64,000 bases of DNA. Origin: Macrostomum lignano (taxonomy: Eukaryota). This document shows positions 36,100 through 48,660 of this stretch, piece after piece. The DNA lies in assembly GCA_002269645.1 (NCBI GenBank), contig NIVC01000218.1, forward strand, positions 13,231 to 77,230, in the 5' to 3' direction. How positions within the stretch are numbered: position 1 is the stretch's first letter; every line of letters starts with the position of its first letter. A program made the position numbers and the translations under genes. The notes beneath the pieces were generated by a model. That model was not told the DNA's origin and made no database searches. It saw only the letters and a program-made list of their open reading frames with translations.

Positions 36100-37505
36100 C
36101 AACTGAGTTGCTGAGATGCCATGGCTCAGTGGGGAGTTGCTGAGATGCCATGGCTCAATGGGGAGTTGCTGAGATGCCATGGCTCAATGGGGAGTTGCTG
36201 AGATGCCATGGCTCAATGGGGAGTTGCTGAGATGCCATGGCTCAATGGGGAGTTGCTGAGATGCCATGGCTCGATTGGTGAGTTGCTGAGATGCCATGGC
36301 TCAATGGGGAGTTGCTGAGATGCCATGGCTCGATTGGTGAGTTGCTGAGATGCCATGGCTCGATTGGTGAGTTGCTGAGATGCCATGGCTCAATGGGGAG
36401 TTGCTGAGATGCCATGGCTCGATTGGTGAGTTGCTGAGATGCCATGGCTCAATGGGGAGTTGCTGAGATACCATGGCTCGATTGGTGAGTTGCTGAGATG
36501 CCATGGCTCAATGGGGAGTTGCTGAGATGCCATGGCTCAATGGGGAGTTGCTGAGATGCCATGGCTCGATTGGTGAGTTGCTGAGATGCCATGGCTCAAT
36601 GGGGAGTTGCTGAGATACCATGGCTCGATTGGTGAGTTGCTGAGATGCCATGGCTCAATGGGGAGTTGCTGAGATGCCATGGCTCAATGGGGAGTTGCTG
36701 AGATGCCATGGCTCGATTGGTGAGTTGCTGAGATGCCATGGCTCAATGGGGAGTTGCTGAGATGCCATGGCTCGATTGGTGAGTTGCTGAGATGCCATGG
36801 CTCGATTGGTGAGTTGCTGAGATGCCATGGCTCAATGGGGAGTTGCTGAGATGCCATGGCTCGATTGGTGAGTTGCTGAGATGCCATGGCTCAATGGGGA
36901 GTTGCTGAGATACCATGGCTCGATTGTTGAGTTGCTGAGATGCCATGGCTCGATTGGTGAGTTGCTGAGATGCCATGGCTCGATTGGTGAGTTGCTGAGA
37001 TGCCATGGCTCAATGGGGAGTTGCTGAGATGCCATGGCTCAATGGGGAGTTGCTGAGATACCATGGCTCGATTGGTGAGTTGCTGAGATGCCATGGCTCG
37101 ATTGGTGAGTTGCTGAGATGCCATTGCTCAATGGGGAGTTGCTGAGATACCATGGCTCGATTGGTGAGTTGCTGAGATGCCATTGCTCAATGGGGAGTTG
37201 CTGAGATGCCATGGCTCGATTGGTGAGTTGCTGAGATGCCATGGCTCAATGGGGAGTTGCTGAGATGCCATGGCTCAATGGGGAGTTGCTGAGATACCAT
37301 GGCTCGATTGGTGAGTTGCTGAGATGCCATGGCTCGATTGGTGAGTTGCTGAGATGCCATTGCTCAATGGGGAGTTGCTGAGATACCATGGCTCGATTGG
37401 TGAGTTTCTTAGATGCCATGGCTCAATGGGGAGTTGCTGAGATGCCATGGCTCAATGGGGAGTTGCTGAGATGCCATGGCTCAATGGGGAGTTGCTGAGA
37501 TACCA
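36100..37505. repeat. 29/30-bp two-variant minisatellite
   Basis: CTCAATGGGGAGTTGCTGAGATGCCATGG and CTCGATTGGTGAGTTGCTGAGATGCCATGG interspersed. Confidence 0.95.
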
Positions 37506-37575
37506 TTTGGGGAGTAATAAAAAGGTGGGGTGATAAAAATGCATTTCTAAGAAAACGACTTATTCAAGCACTCAC

Positions 37576-37934
37576 AAGGCTGCTGCTGCTGATAGTCCAA
37601 TTGATATTGACACTCGTAGGCTTGCGCTCTCAACAGGTTTGCAGTCATCTCCAGTACGGCCGACTTCATATCCATACTGGGCGCATTTGTGTAGTTCTCC
37701 GCCACGAACAGGATTGCGCCCCAGCTGCGCAGCAGCCATTTTAGCGCCGCCTCCGGCTGCTGACGGGCCGACGAGAGCGCCAGCTGGCTGCATACGGCCG
37801 CCAAATTGTAGGCCATGCAGGCCTTCTCGAATGCCAAGCTGCGCTGGGTGAAGGCCACACCGGTGAACGAGTCGAACCAGTGGAAGAATAGGCTGTGCGA
37901 GCGCCACGGGGCGAAGAACCTGCGGTCCAGGTAC
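37576..37934 (-). CDS. RHPN: Rhophilin exon (BRO1)
   Basis: YLDRRFFAPWRSHSLFFHWFDSFTGVAFTQRSLAFEKACMAYNLAAVCSQ is the hallmark rhophilin F.W.DS.TG...Q..L.FEKA..L.N motif. Phase 2 to 1. Confidence 0.92.
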
Positions 37935-38043
37935 CTGGGTGAGAGAGCCAGTTAGCGACTGATTCAATGAGCGAGTGAATTCCTAACTGAGTTCACAAGT
38001 TTACGAGTTCAGGAGTTTATGAGTGAGTTCAAGGTTCAAGGTT

Positions 38044-38320
38044 CGTCCACCATCCTGCGCCGGCGGCGACTTCAACTGGCGGGCCACGTGATCCGGGCCG
38101 AGGGCTACTGCCCCCAACCTGTTCAGGACGTCCTGCTGCTCACCTTGCAGGGTCCGTTCAGGCAGGGTCGGGCCCGAACCCGTCGATACGTGGACGACAC
38201 TGCCAACGAAGCGGACTTTGTTCGCTCCCAGGCTCTGCGGCGCGCCATCTGACGCGCCCTGCTCTAACTGTGACTGTGCATGCGGGGTCGCGTATTTTGT
38301 TGTTGTTGTTGTTGTTGTTG
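38044..38320 (+). mobile_element. 5'-truncated RTE-like non-LTR retrotransposon fragment
   Basis: ILRRRRLQLAGHVIRAE...QGRARTRRYVD is the RTE-type C-terminal RRRL.W/LAGH...GR...R.D pattern. (TTG)n tail, TSD TCAAGGTT. Confidence 0.8.
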
Positions 38321-38578
38321 TCAAGGTTGAGTTCATGAGTTCATGAGTGAGTTCATGAGTGGGTTTATGACCAAGTTCAAGGTTGAGTTCATGAGTTCAT
38401 GAGTGAGTTCAGGAGTGGGTTTATGACCAAGTTCAAGGTTGAGTAAATGAGTTCATGAGTTCATAAGCGAGTTCATGAGCGAATTTATGAGTGAGCTCAT
38501 GGGTGAGCTCATGAGTTTATGAGTGAGTTCATGAGTGAGGTTATGAGTTAATGAGTTTACAAATGATTAATTCATGAG
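38321..38578. repeat. Degenerate GAGTTCAT-type repeat
   Basis: Continues to the left of the LINE insertion at about 37985-38043. Confidence 0.8.
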
Positions 38579-38622
38579 CGAGTTAATCAGCTACAAGCAG
38601 TCAGCTGAAGCGGCCAACTTAC

Positions 38623-39578
38623 CACAGGTGATTCAAGTAGACAAAGATGTCCGCCACGCCCTGCTCGGAGCGCAGCGGCCTGCGCGCGGCCTCTCGCAGG
38701 CGGTTGAGCTCAACAAAGCAGTGCCGATAGTCGTCCCGCCTGGCGCTGTAGTGCTCCTCGATGAAGTCGGCCAGCGCAGGCTCATAGTCCAGCGGCCGAG
38801 TCTCCTTCAAGCCCAGCGGGATCATAGGCAAACAGGCGCTGGTGTCCTGGTACACCTCCAGCGCCTCGTTGATGTCGGCGAGTTCCCGCTGAAGCAGGTC
38901 CAGATTAGAATAGGCGTATTTCAATTCAACAGAAATTTGCGCCTTGGCCTGTTTGTCTCGCGTCACCCTCAGCATGTTCTCAGCGCCTTTGGTCAGCTGC
39001 AGCTCGCGGTGAATTTTCTCGTTCACCTCGCAGCGCTTCACCTGAAGGCGGGACCGGCCGGTCTGGCGGACAGCCTGGCCTCGTTGTGGCTGACCGGGCA
39101 ATTCTGATTGCCGCTCTTCCTGCTGCTGCTGTTGCTGTTGTTGCTGCTCTTGACGCTTGCGCAGATGCTCTAAATATTGTTGCTGCAAAAGCAGCTTCTG
39201 CTCTTCTAATTGTTGCTTTTTTTGCTGCGATAATTGCAGCGAAGCGGCGCCATTGCTGGTGGCGACGTGTGTCGGCGTAGCTGACGGCCGAGGCGGAGTC
39301 GGCGGCGGCTGAGGCTGCGGCTGCTGAGGCGAAGTTGGCGCTGATTGGCGGGGCGGAGGCCGCGGCGCCGGCGGCTTGTTGGAGCGAGGCGCCCGGCCAG
39401 CCGACTGGCCCGGCTGCTGCTGACGGTGCAGCCCCAGGCCGTTGCTCACTGCAGCTCCGCCGGAACTGGTACCGTTTTGCTGCTGTTGCTGCTGTTGCTG
39501 CTGCTGCTGCCGCTGCTGCTGCCCGTTGCGAGGCAACTCTTCAGCGGTAGCCGACTTGCGGTATCCCACTGCTGTCGC
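38623..39578 (-). CDS. RHPN: Rhophilin exon (polyQ N-terminus, HR1 Rho-binding domain, start of BRO1); start codon not located
   Basis: GRSRLQVKRCEVNEKIHRELQLTKGAENMLRV (HR1) and PMIPLGLKET...DFIEEHY (BRO1). ttttcag acceptor at 39579, GTAAGT donor. Confidence 0.9.
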
Positions 39579-39679
39579 CTGAAAATGGGCACGCGGAAGA
39601 GGCAGAGGTGTAGAATAGTTAGTATGTTTCAAATGTTCTCACAAATCAGTATAAACATGCGCTTACAGTTCACAGATGC

Positions 39680-39890
39680 AAAGTGAAAGGAAGAAGAGGG
39701 TGAGAGGTGAGTGGGAGGTAGAGAAAGAGGGCAGAAGGGGAAGGAGGATAAGAAGAGGTGAAGAGGGAGAAGCTGTGGTGGAGATGGAGAGGGAGAGAGT
39801 CAGAGTGAAGATGGGGAGAGGTAAAGGTAGATAAGAGAGGGAGAGAGATAGAGGTAGAGAAGAGGGAGAGAATAGAGCAAGTGAAAGCAG
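39680..39890. repeat. GA-rich low-complexity tract
   Basis: Purine-only runs on the + strand. Confidence 0.8.
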
Positions 39891-40674
39891 ACAATAGATT
39901 TCGGCTATTGAAACAATTTTCTAATGCCTACTAGATAAAAAAGAAATAAATAAGCAATTGAAATATCTTTAAACAAGTTTTCGGCAGAAAAAAATGAGCA
40001 AAAAAGTAAAACTCCTAAAAATTGATTTATCTGCTTAGTTTGTGCTTCAGTCAGTGTAGCGCATGGAGTTCAGTTTTAGGCTTTGGGCTTTGTGTATACT
40101 AGTAAAGCCTGATGCTTAAAGTCGGTTAAAGTCGCAGAAATGGATAGCAGTAGGACTGAGCGCGCATTAAGTAGTATACAACCAATTTAATTAGTAAATT
40201 ACTTAGAAAAGGTTTGAAAAAAGCAATAAATTTTAATTTAAAACAAACACACGCTTGGCTTAATTAAAAGTACTCTAATGCCTAATAAAGGCAATCTAAA
40301 GGCTGTTTATGGAGTATACGAGTAATAAACCAGTCAAGAGACCACGGTAGCTTAAAAATTTTTAAATCCTTTAAAAACCTTATTAAAGTACAGCAGTATA
40401 CTCGTATTGTCATAATTGCATGGTCTTTTGACTGGTTAACGTTGCCTATACTACAGATTATAAAAGTCCATTTTAATAGACTCCTGTTCGTGCTCTGATT
40501 AATAATAGTTGGGAGTACGCACCAGGGCCAGAGGTTGGCTCTCCTTTTAAAGCAACTTCTGCCAACATTTTCAAGGGCTACAGAACAGGAGTCAATTAAA
40601 TTATCAATTAAAAGAGAAACTTAGCCAAAACAAAAACAGTAGTCCATCCAGTATTAATATCGCTAGCCAGAAGC

Positions 40675-40866
40675 TTAAACAATCGCCCTAGCTGCATTGT
40701 ACTGCAGGCTGGCTTTGAACTGGTGCAGGTCTCCAGTCCAGACGATGCACTCTTCTTCGTCGCCGTCCTTGGTTTGGCTGTCGACAGTGTCTGTTGAGTA
40801 GCAAAGCGGCATGGCGAATGGCTTCTTGCCAGCCCGGCCGGACACTTTCTTGGTCGCGCCTTCCGC
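40675..40866 (-). CDS. NRDC: Nardilysin-like M16 peptidase, terminal exon
   Basis: AEG...IVWTGDLHQFKASLQYNAARAIV* resembles the nardilysin C-terminus (ITDIRAFTTTLNLLPYHKIVK). Phase 0 acceptor. Confidence 0.7.
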   Translation of the reverse strand, partial: AEGATKKVSGRAGKKPFAMPLCYSTDTVDSQTKDGDEEECIVWTGDLHQFKASLQYNAARAIV

Positions 40867-40892
40867 CTTGAACAGTGTGGGGGATGAATAGT

Positions 40893-41176
40893 GATTATTG
40901 CAGGAGGGCTGCCAGCGCAACGCCTTCGGCGATATCGGCTCACAACCGGCGCTGAGGCCATTCTGCCCATTCCACTGACTCCTGAACACATACAAGCGCG
41001 CCAATACTGTACGCAGGCACGCAGTCATGCACACGCTCACGTGGAGTGAATAGCGGCCCTGACTGTCTAATCGTTCACACAAGCCCCAAGTGAATGAATG
41101 TGCCTGCACACGGAATCCAACCAGGGGTCGTGGCACGAGAGTCAGAACCGTTTAATAAAGTGAGCTACTCTGCCCC
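40893..41176 (-). mobile_element. SINE family A
   Basis: Head GGGGCAGAGTAGCTC, degenerate B box GGTTGGATTCC, family body and 3' end. Confidence 0.75.
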
Positions 41177-41218
41177 TGTGTGTGACAGGAGGCTTAGAGA
41201 CAGTTACGAGTATATTAA

Positions 41219-43768
41219 CAGTAGGAATACAAAGCCATTTTTCCGCCCGTCGAACTACCAAGAGGGGGGGGAAAAATTTCCCCCCCCCCTGACAATTTTT
41301 TTTGCTGCGCCGGAACGGAGCAACGCAGGCACACGAAATTCAAGAACACGGGCTAACTTTTTGTTGCGCACCTTCTCAAACAAGAATCAAGTCGCCAGCC
41401 CTTCGGACCGTCGAGATATTCGACGATTCTGCCAGAAGGTCGGATTTTTCCCATAAGCGCTAGTGTATTCAGTACACCCCTGTGCGCCAAATAGCACTGC
41501 GCCTCAGTGCAGCCTTGCCAAGTCTCCAAATTTCATCAGCACGTCGACCAAATGTGTCTGCATCAGTTCTGACTTCGTTGGTTACTGGCCTTCCCCGAGA
41601 CGGAGCTTCTAGACCTTCAACAGGTGGCACCAGGTGACTATGAACACCTTGATGCGAATTTCTCTAGTTTCACCGATCAAGCCTCGACAGTAGGCAAGCC
41701 TCAACTGCCAGACACCCTCAGCTAGTCTCCTGAGCATTCCTTCATCATCCCGACACCGTCGGCACCTTCAACAGGTGGCATCAGGTGACTATGGACGTCC
41801 TATTGCAAATATGTCAGGTCTTTCTTATCAAGCTTCAATAATGGGCAAACCTCAACCAACGGACATTGTCAGCTAGTCTCTCAAGCATTCCGTCATCATC
41901 CCGACGCCGTCGGCTCCTTCAACAGATTACACCAGGTGACTATGGACAGCCTGTTGCAAATATGTCAGGTTTTTCTTATCAAGCTTCAATAATGAGCAAA
42001 CCTCAACTGCTGGACATCCTCAGCTAGTCAGTCGAGCATTCAGCCATCACCCCGACGCCGTCGGCACCTTCAACAGGTGGCACCAGGGGACTATGGACAG
42101 CCTGATAAGAATTTCTCTAGTTTCGCCGATCAAGCCTGGATAGTGGGCAAAAATCAACTGCTGGACATCCTCAGCTAGTCAGTCAAGCATTCAGCCATCA
42201 CCCCGACGCCGTCGGCACCTTCAACAGGTGGCACCAGGGGAGTAAGGACAACTGAGCGTGATTTTTCATCATGCTCTTAACATTTCTGAATCATTAAAAA
42301 ATGAAAAAACGGATTGAATTTACTGGCTTCTGTAGGGCGTAGGCCGTGCGCTGCACTCTCTGCCCCACATTATTATTCATGACTCATTTTCTCGCCTAAA
42401 CTTGTTTACCAATTCTCGACCAATCGCGCATCGCTGCACCCCACCCCACAATATTGACTAATAAATATATTGAGTAAACAGAGCCATACAGAGGCCACCT
42501 TTTCGGCACGCAAACCCAGACTTCACAGCTTCTTAGAAGCATAACCCTTTCTGCATAAAAATTGGGTTCAATATTATAGTTGAATAAACTAAACAGCTTT
42601 TCGAATAAAATATGTATGTAGCTCCTATGTATAAAAGTATGTGTAATAATAATAATAAATATACAGCAACATGAGTTCAAGCTTAACTATAGCAATTTCC
42701 GTGCTTTGAAAATTTTGAGAGCTTCAGAAATGTTAAGAGCATGATGAAAAATCACGCTCAGGTGTCCTTACTCCCCTGGTGCCACCTGTTGAAGGTGCCG
42801 ACGGCGTCAGGGTGATGGCTGAATGCTTGACTGACTAGCTGAGGATGTCCAGCAGTTGATTTTTGCCCACTATCGAGGCTTGATCGGCGAAACTAGAGAA
42901 ATTCTTATCAGGATGTCCATAGTCAGCTGGTGTAATCTGTTGAAGGTGCCGACGGCGTCGGGGTGATGGCTGAATGCTCGACTGACTAGCTGAGGATGTC
43001 CAGCAGTTGAGGTTTGCTCATTATTGAAGCTTGATAAGAAAAACCTGACATATTTGCAACAGGCTGTCCATAGTCACCTGGTGTAATCTGTTGAAGGAGC
43101 CGACGGCGTCGGGATGATGACGGAATGCTTGAGAGACTAGCTGACAATGTCCGTTGGTTGAGGTTTGCCCATTATTGAAGCTTGATAAGAAAGACCTGAC
43201 ATATTTGCAATAGGACGTCCATAGTCACCTGATGCCACCTGTTGAAGGTGCCGACGGTGTCGGGATGATGAAGGAATGCTCAGGAGACTAGCTGAGGGTG
43301 TCTGGCAGTTGAGGCTTGCCTACTGTCGAGGCTTGATCGGTGAAACTAGAGAAATTCGCATCAAGGTGTTCATAGTCACCTGGTGCCACCTGTTGAAGGT
43401 CTAGAAGCTCCGTCTCGGGGAAGGCCAGTAACCAACGAAGTCAGAACTGATGCAGACACATTTGGTCGACGTGCTGATGAAATTTGGAGACTTGGCAAGG
43501 CTGCACTGAGGCGCAGTGCTATTTGGCGCACAGGGGTGTACTGAATACACTAGCGCTTATGGGAAAAATCCGACCTTCTGGCAGAATCGTCGAATATCTC
43601 GACGGTCCGAAGGGCTGGCAACTTGATTCTTGTTTGAGAAGGTGCGCAACAAAAAGTTAGCCCGTGTTCTTGAATTTCGTGTGCCTGCGTTGCTCCGTTC
43701 CGGCGCAGCAAAAAAAATTGTCAGGGGGGGGGAAATTTTCCCCCCCCCCCCTCTTGGTAGTTCTACTG
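41219..43768. mobile_element. Non-autonomous foldback DNA element with about 1.04-kb inverted arms
   Basis: Arms about 41219-42290 and 42723-43768 are reverse complements, each holding about five 120-bp subrepeats. Termini CAGTAG...CTACTG, flanked by TTAA on both sides. AT-rich 430-bp spacer with no credible ORF. Confidence 0.88.
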
Positions 43769-44089
43769 TTAAATAGCCACCTGGCAGCAGGTCGGTAATA
43801 AGTATATATTCTAATAAAAATGAGTCAGGTTTACGGGCACGAGCTTATAGCAGATGTCACCCAGTATATTAGATACAAAGTATTAGGCAGAAACCGCAGC
43901 TGGAAAATTAAAGATCAAAGGTGCTAAGCTATTAACAACACCGACTGCTTGCATCGCACCTTCCAGTGACGAATTGTTTCTGCAAACTTCGTGCCATTGA
44001 ATTATTAGCATTGAAAGCCAGTCTAGACACCTTTAAACTTGAGCTGACCCGCTCTACTGAACTCGAACCTATTCTCTACTCTGCCGAAT

Positions 44090-44820
44090 CTACTCAGACA
44101 CCCATTCTACTCTTACTTCACAAAAAAATCTACCCATTTCCACTCTACCCTACTAAAGCCTACTCAGATACACTCTACTCTACCAAAACCTATCAACATT
44201 CAATCTACTCTACCAAAACCTATCAACATTCAATCTACTCTACCAAAACCTATCAACATTCAATCTACTCTACCAAAACCTATCAACATTCAATCTACTC
44301 TACCAAAATATATCCAGATTCAGTCTACCAAACCTACCAAGACGCACTCTACTCTACCAAATTCCACCAAGACTCACTCTACTCTACCAAAATCTACCAA
44401 GACTCACTCTACTCTATCAAGACTCACTCTACTCTACCAAGACTCACTCTACTCTACCAAGACTCGCTCTACTCTACCAAGAGTCAATTTACTCTAACAA
44501 AATCTACCAATACTCACTACTCTAGCAAAATCTACCAAAACTCAGTCTACTCTACCAAACAAGACTCACTCTAATGTATCAAAATCTACACAGACTCATT
44601 CTGCCAAAACCTACCAACATCCAATCTACTCTACCAAACCTACCAAGACCCACTCTACTCTATTACGAGCTATAATCTACAAAATCTACTCTACTATATA
44701 AAAAACGATGAAGCCTCTCTACCATAATCTATCCCCGATTTTACTATACTCTACCAAAACACCCAGACGCACTCTACTCTACCATGTACCAAAATCGACT
44801 CCACTCCACCAAAAGCTACA
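44090..44820. repeat. Degenerate CTACTCTACCAA minisatellite with a 30-bp sub-array
   Basis: AACCTATCAACATTCAATCTACTCTACCAA x4 within a looser array. Confidence 0.85.
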
Positions 44821-44846
44821 AAGATCTAAACCATGACCCAACTCAC

Positions 44847-45305
44847 CTGAAAGGTGAATGACCGCCTGCCAGTGGAGCGCAGAGCCCGCTGATAGAACTC
44901 GATGGCCTCAGCCTTAGTAACCGAGTGCAGCAGCATCTCAGCCTCGGTGTAGTGCAGTCCAAAAGCGGCAGGCGGACAGGCCGGGCCATTGTCCAGTATC
45001 GCGCACCAGTACCGATCAGCCTGCTGAGTCATGCCGACATCCTCAACCAGCAGCAGGTCGACAAGAGATCTGGCGTAATTCGAGAACGCCTCGTCCGACA
45101 TGCCGGTCAATAGCTTGAGAAAGCGGCCGCCAGTGAACTTGTCCACCCTGGCCTGCAGCTGGGCCATGCTGAACTGGTCCGCCTGGCTGTTCACCTGCAC
45201 CATGAACCCGATGGCGCCGTTAGTCTGCCGACTGTCGCAGTACACTTGGTAGCCTAGCTGGTGCTTGGTGCGCAGATAGTCGTAGCACGGCTCGGACATC
45301 ATGTG
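44847..45305 (-). CDS. NRDC: Nardilysin-like exon
   Basis: HMMSEPCYDYLRTKHQLGYQVY...GAIGFMVQVNSQADQF matches nardilysin HMEEPCFDFLRTKQTLGYHVY...TQATKY. 459 nt, phase 0 to 0. Confidence 0.92.
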
Positions 45306-45488
45306 CTGAAACCAGTCGGCAGGTTGGAACTTGTTTGTTTGACTACTTACAGTAGCAAAAAACTACACAGGTATGTCTAATCAGAAAGTGAGCATTCGAA
45401 AATGCTTCCTATATAAAAACTATTGCTATTTTTGTGCCGAAAAAACAATGAAAAAGTTTATATCCCCGTGTAGTGTATTTTTCTGTTT

Positions 45489-46090
45489 AGGGGTGGCCGT
45501 ACCGGCCCTCTCATGTGCCAGCGACCCAGGCTCAATTCCAAGTGCAGTCACATTAATTTGGGACTGAATTGGAACCTCGGCTTGGCTCTGCTCGTGCAAT
45601 TAACGGCCTTGAGAGCCAACCCCCCCAAAGGCGCAGTGAAGTGTACATGCCTAACGATAAATAAAGTTAGGGCCGCTGTACACTCCTGTGTGAGTGTGTG
45701 CCTGTGCGTATGACTGCGTACGTATCCGCGCGCTTGTGTGACAATGTCGCTTAAAGTGCGCCAGGGTCATACATGCGCAACCTCCAAAATTCGGTCGGCC
45801 ATGCGACTTAGTTTTAACAAAAATGCGACGTAGTTTTTGGCCAAAAATGCGACTTACACATCAAAAAACTCTAAAGCAAAATAAACGCAACTTTGGGTAA
45901 ACGGCAGGAGTAACTATAACTGTCTTATTAAGCCAAAATGCCTCGTCAGCTACTTAGTACTACTACTTAGGTAAATTTTTGGGTGGGTATTTTTGCGACT
46001 TCCTTGGTTGGCCGCCAAATCGGTCGGCCGAATCGGCCGACTCGGCCGACTGTTGCGCATGTATGGCCAGGGTGCACACAACCCTCCTGC
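45489..46090 (+). mobile_element. SINE family A interrupted by a hAT MITE
   Basis: Body matches 12616-12975 and resumes after the TSD at 46066. Confidence 0.75.
45768..46065. mobile_element. hAT-type MITE inserted in a SINE
   Basis: TIRs CATACATGCGCAAC / GTTGCGCATGTATG; perfect 8-bp TSD GCCAGGGT. Confidence 0.88.
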
Positions 46091-46804
46091 CTTATAAAAA
46101 GTCCATTTGTCTGGTAAAGTCAGTCTTCAAATATTTTCTAAGAAAGCAGTTTTTCCTTGCCTAGTACTTGAAATTTGTAATGGCTAGAGAATCTAAACCT
46201 GTAATGTTGCTTTAACTAATGCTTTTCTAATATAGAAATTAATAGAAGAAATGTGGCAGGTGTGGCAGCCAACCTTTATTAATTTGCCACCCTCCGGTCT
46301 GCTCTGCTTAACTTGCAGCGCTGGCGGTGGGGTTTCTTAGAATATGGCATATTCTATGAATAACTTTTCGGTAAATCCTTTTACAAATACATGTACAGTC
46401 ACAGTACTATGCACACTAGCAGTGCGACAGTTCCGGGATAGATTGAAAGCACACAAACTAGGCTAGCATGGCATATCATTGCCGGCGATTCGTGCATAAT
46501 TTGCGACAGAATGAAACCTGAAACCGGGGCTAGTAATAGGATCTTCCACTGAATCGCAGCAGTAACAAAAAGGGATATAAAAAGGTTCTTAATCTTAATA
46601 CGGATACGGAATGGAATTGAGAGGGAGTCAGCTGACTGATACTGACTGATTAAGATGATTAAACCCGGATCCCGACCGAACTCGAGGGTAATATGTATAA
46701 TGTGTTAAGCGGCGGAGCAATCAGCAGGGAAACCGTACATTTGACTAAAAGGAGGAAATTAAAGTACATTTAGACATTTTCGGAAGTACTGAGGTGAGGT
46801 GTCG

Positions 46805-47075
46805 CTGGGGGTACTCTAGTGAGGTACCACTGAAGGTAATCTAGTTAGGTATCTCTGGGGGTCCTTTAGTAAGGTATCTCTGGGGGAGGGATCTCTGGGG
46901 GTACTCTAGTGAGGTACAGTTGAAGGTACTCTAGTTAGGTATCTCTGGGGGTACTCTAGTGAGGTACAGTTGAAGGTACTCTAGTTAGGTATCTCTGGGG
47001 GTACTCTAGTGAGGTACAGTTGAAGGTACTCTAGTTAGGTATCTCTGGGTGTACTCTAATGAGGTATCTGTGGGG
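46805..47075. repeat. 50-bp repeat (x3 plus degenerate copies)
   Basis: GAGGTACAGT recurs at 46911, 46961 and 47011. Confidence 0.88.
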
Positions 47076-47174
47076 TTCTATAGGGAGACCTAAAAACTAA
47101 AACACCTGCCATCCAAGTTCCCATAAAAAGTAAACTTAAAAGCAATTAAGAAACGTAAAGGCTATTGCACAAAC

Positions 47175-47321
47175 CAGCAGCAGATTCGAGATCACGTAGT
47201 CGCGTAGAGTTGGCGGGAATTCGAACTGAAAATACTCCAACAATGCGCTATTCACGTCGCCAGATTTGAGATTCTCAACGCAGACGCCGCAGCGGCCCGG
47301 CGGCAGAGTGGCGCACGTGTT
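47175..47321 (-). CDS. NRDC: Nardilysin-like exon
   Basis: LPPGRCGVCVENLKSGDVNSALLEYFQ resembles LPSGHHLCKVKALNKGDANSEVTVYYQ. 147 nt, phase 0 to 0. Confidence 0.88.
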
Positions 47322-47454
47322 CTGCGGGAAAGGCGGGGATATCATGGAGTACACGATAGGTATTGATAGCTGTTAATCAAAAAGGAGTGGTTCATGGAGA
47401 TCTGTCTAGAAATCTGGCGTTGAAAACCACTTTTTATTTAGCAAAAAACTTCCA

Positions 47455-48110
47455 AAAGTCTTCCTTCATAGCCAAATGTCTTCCATTATAGCCAAATGTC
47501 TTCCCCCATAGCCAAATGTCTTCCATCATAGCCAAAAGTATTCCTTCATAGCCGATGTCTCTCTTCATAGCCATATGTCTTCCATCATAGCCAAATGTCT
47601 TCCTTCATAGCCAAATGTCTTCTTTCATAGCCAAATGTCTTCCTTCATAGCCAAATGTCTTCCTTCATAGCCAAATGTCTTCCTTCATAGCCAAATGCCT
47701 TCCTTCGTAGCCAAATGTCTTCCTTCATAGCCAAATGCCTTCCTTCGTAGCCAAATGTCTTCCTTCATAGCCAAATGCCTTCCTTCATAGCCAAATGTCT
47801 TCCATCATAGCCAAATGTCTTCCTTCATAGCCAAATGTCTTCTTTCATAGCCATATGTCTTCTTTCATAGCCATATGTCTTCCATTATAGCCAAATGTCT
47901 TCCATCATAGCCAAATGTCTTCCATCATAGCCAAATGTCTTCCTTCATAGCCAAATGTCTTCCTTCATAGCCAAATGTCTTCTTTCATAGCCATATGTCT
48001 TCTTTCATAGCCATATGTCTTCCATTATAGCCAAATGTCTTCCATCATAGCCAAAATTATTCCTTTATAGCCGATGTCTCTCTCCATAGCCAAATGTCTT
48101 CCTTCGTAGC
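47455..48110. repeat. 20-bp minisatellite CCAAATGTCTTCCTTCATAG
   Basis: About 32 copies. Confidence 0.93.
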
Positions 48111-48660
48111 AAATTTACTGCTTTTTACGAGCTATTAAATAGTATAAAACAACTAGCAACCGTTTATTGCAAAGAAATGAGACTCAAGATAGAATCCGCT
48201 ACTCCAGATTTTATATTAGGAGTTCCTTGGTTCTGGGCGCATATTTACGTAGCTAATCAATCACGGAGAGAGAAATAAAATTTGGCAATCCAGCAAAAGT
48301 GATAGCTAGTGGACTCATCAATCTGAAAATAGCGCAAAAAGAGAAGAGATGCCTAATTTCAATCTTCTCTCAGCTTCTTCTAGAATTTTAAAAAAGCTCA
48401 TTTTTCAACGATAGTTTAACTCTCCGCATAGGAGTTCCTGAAAATCCAGAGTCCAGACCGAGGATAACTCTGCACAATTGGACAACAGATCCGTTAGCCA
48501 ATAGAACTCCTTGCTAACTCGCTAGATAGCTAGCTAGTGAGTTAGTCTGAATATACATGGATACTGCAGTAACCATTATACAGCGTTGTAGTTAATTTCA
48601 ACCGAAAAAATCTTTCATAATCAAAACGACACAGCACAAACAGTGCAACAGCAAACAGTC

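Noticed and set aside
35404-37242. TDRQ/SVCL and MASQQL repeat ORFs
   Set aside because: Products of (CAGA)n and the 29/30-bp satellite inside rhophilin introns.
43966-44574. 202-aa YSTK-repeat ORF
   Set aside because: Degenerate minisatellite antisense in a nardilysin intron.
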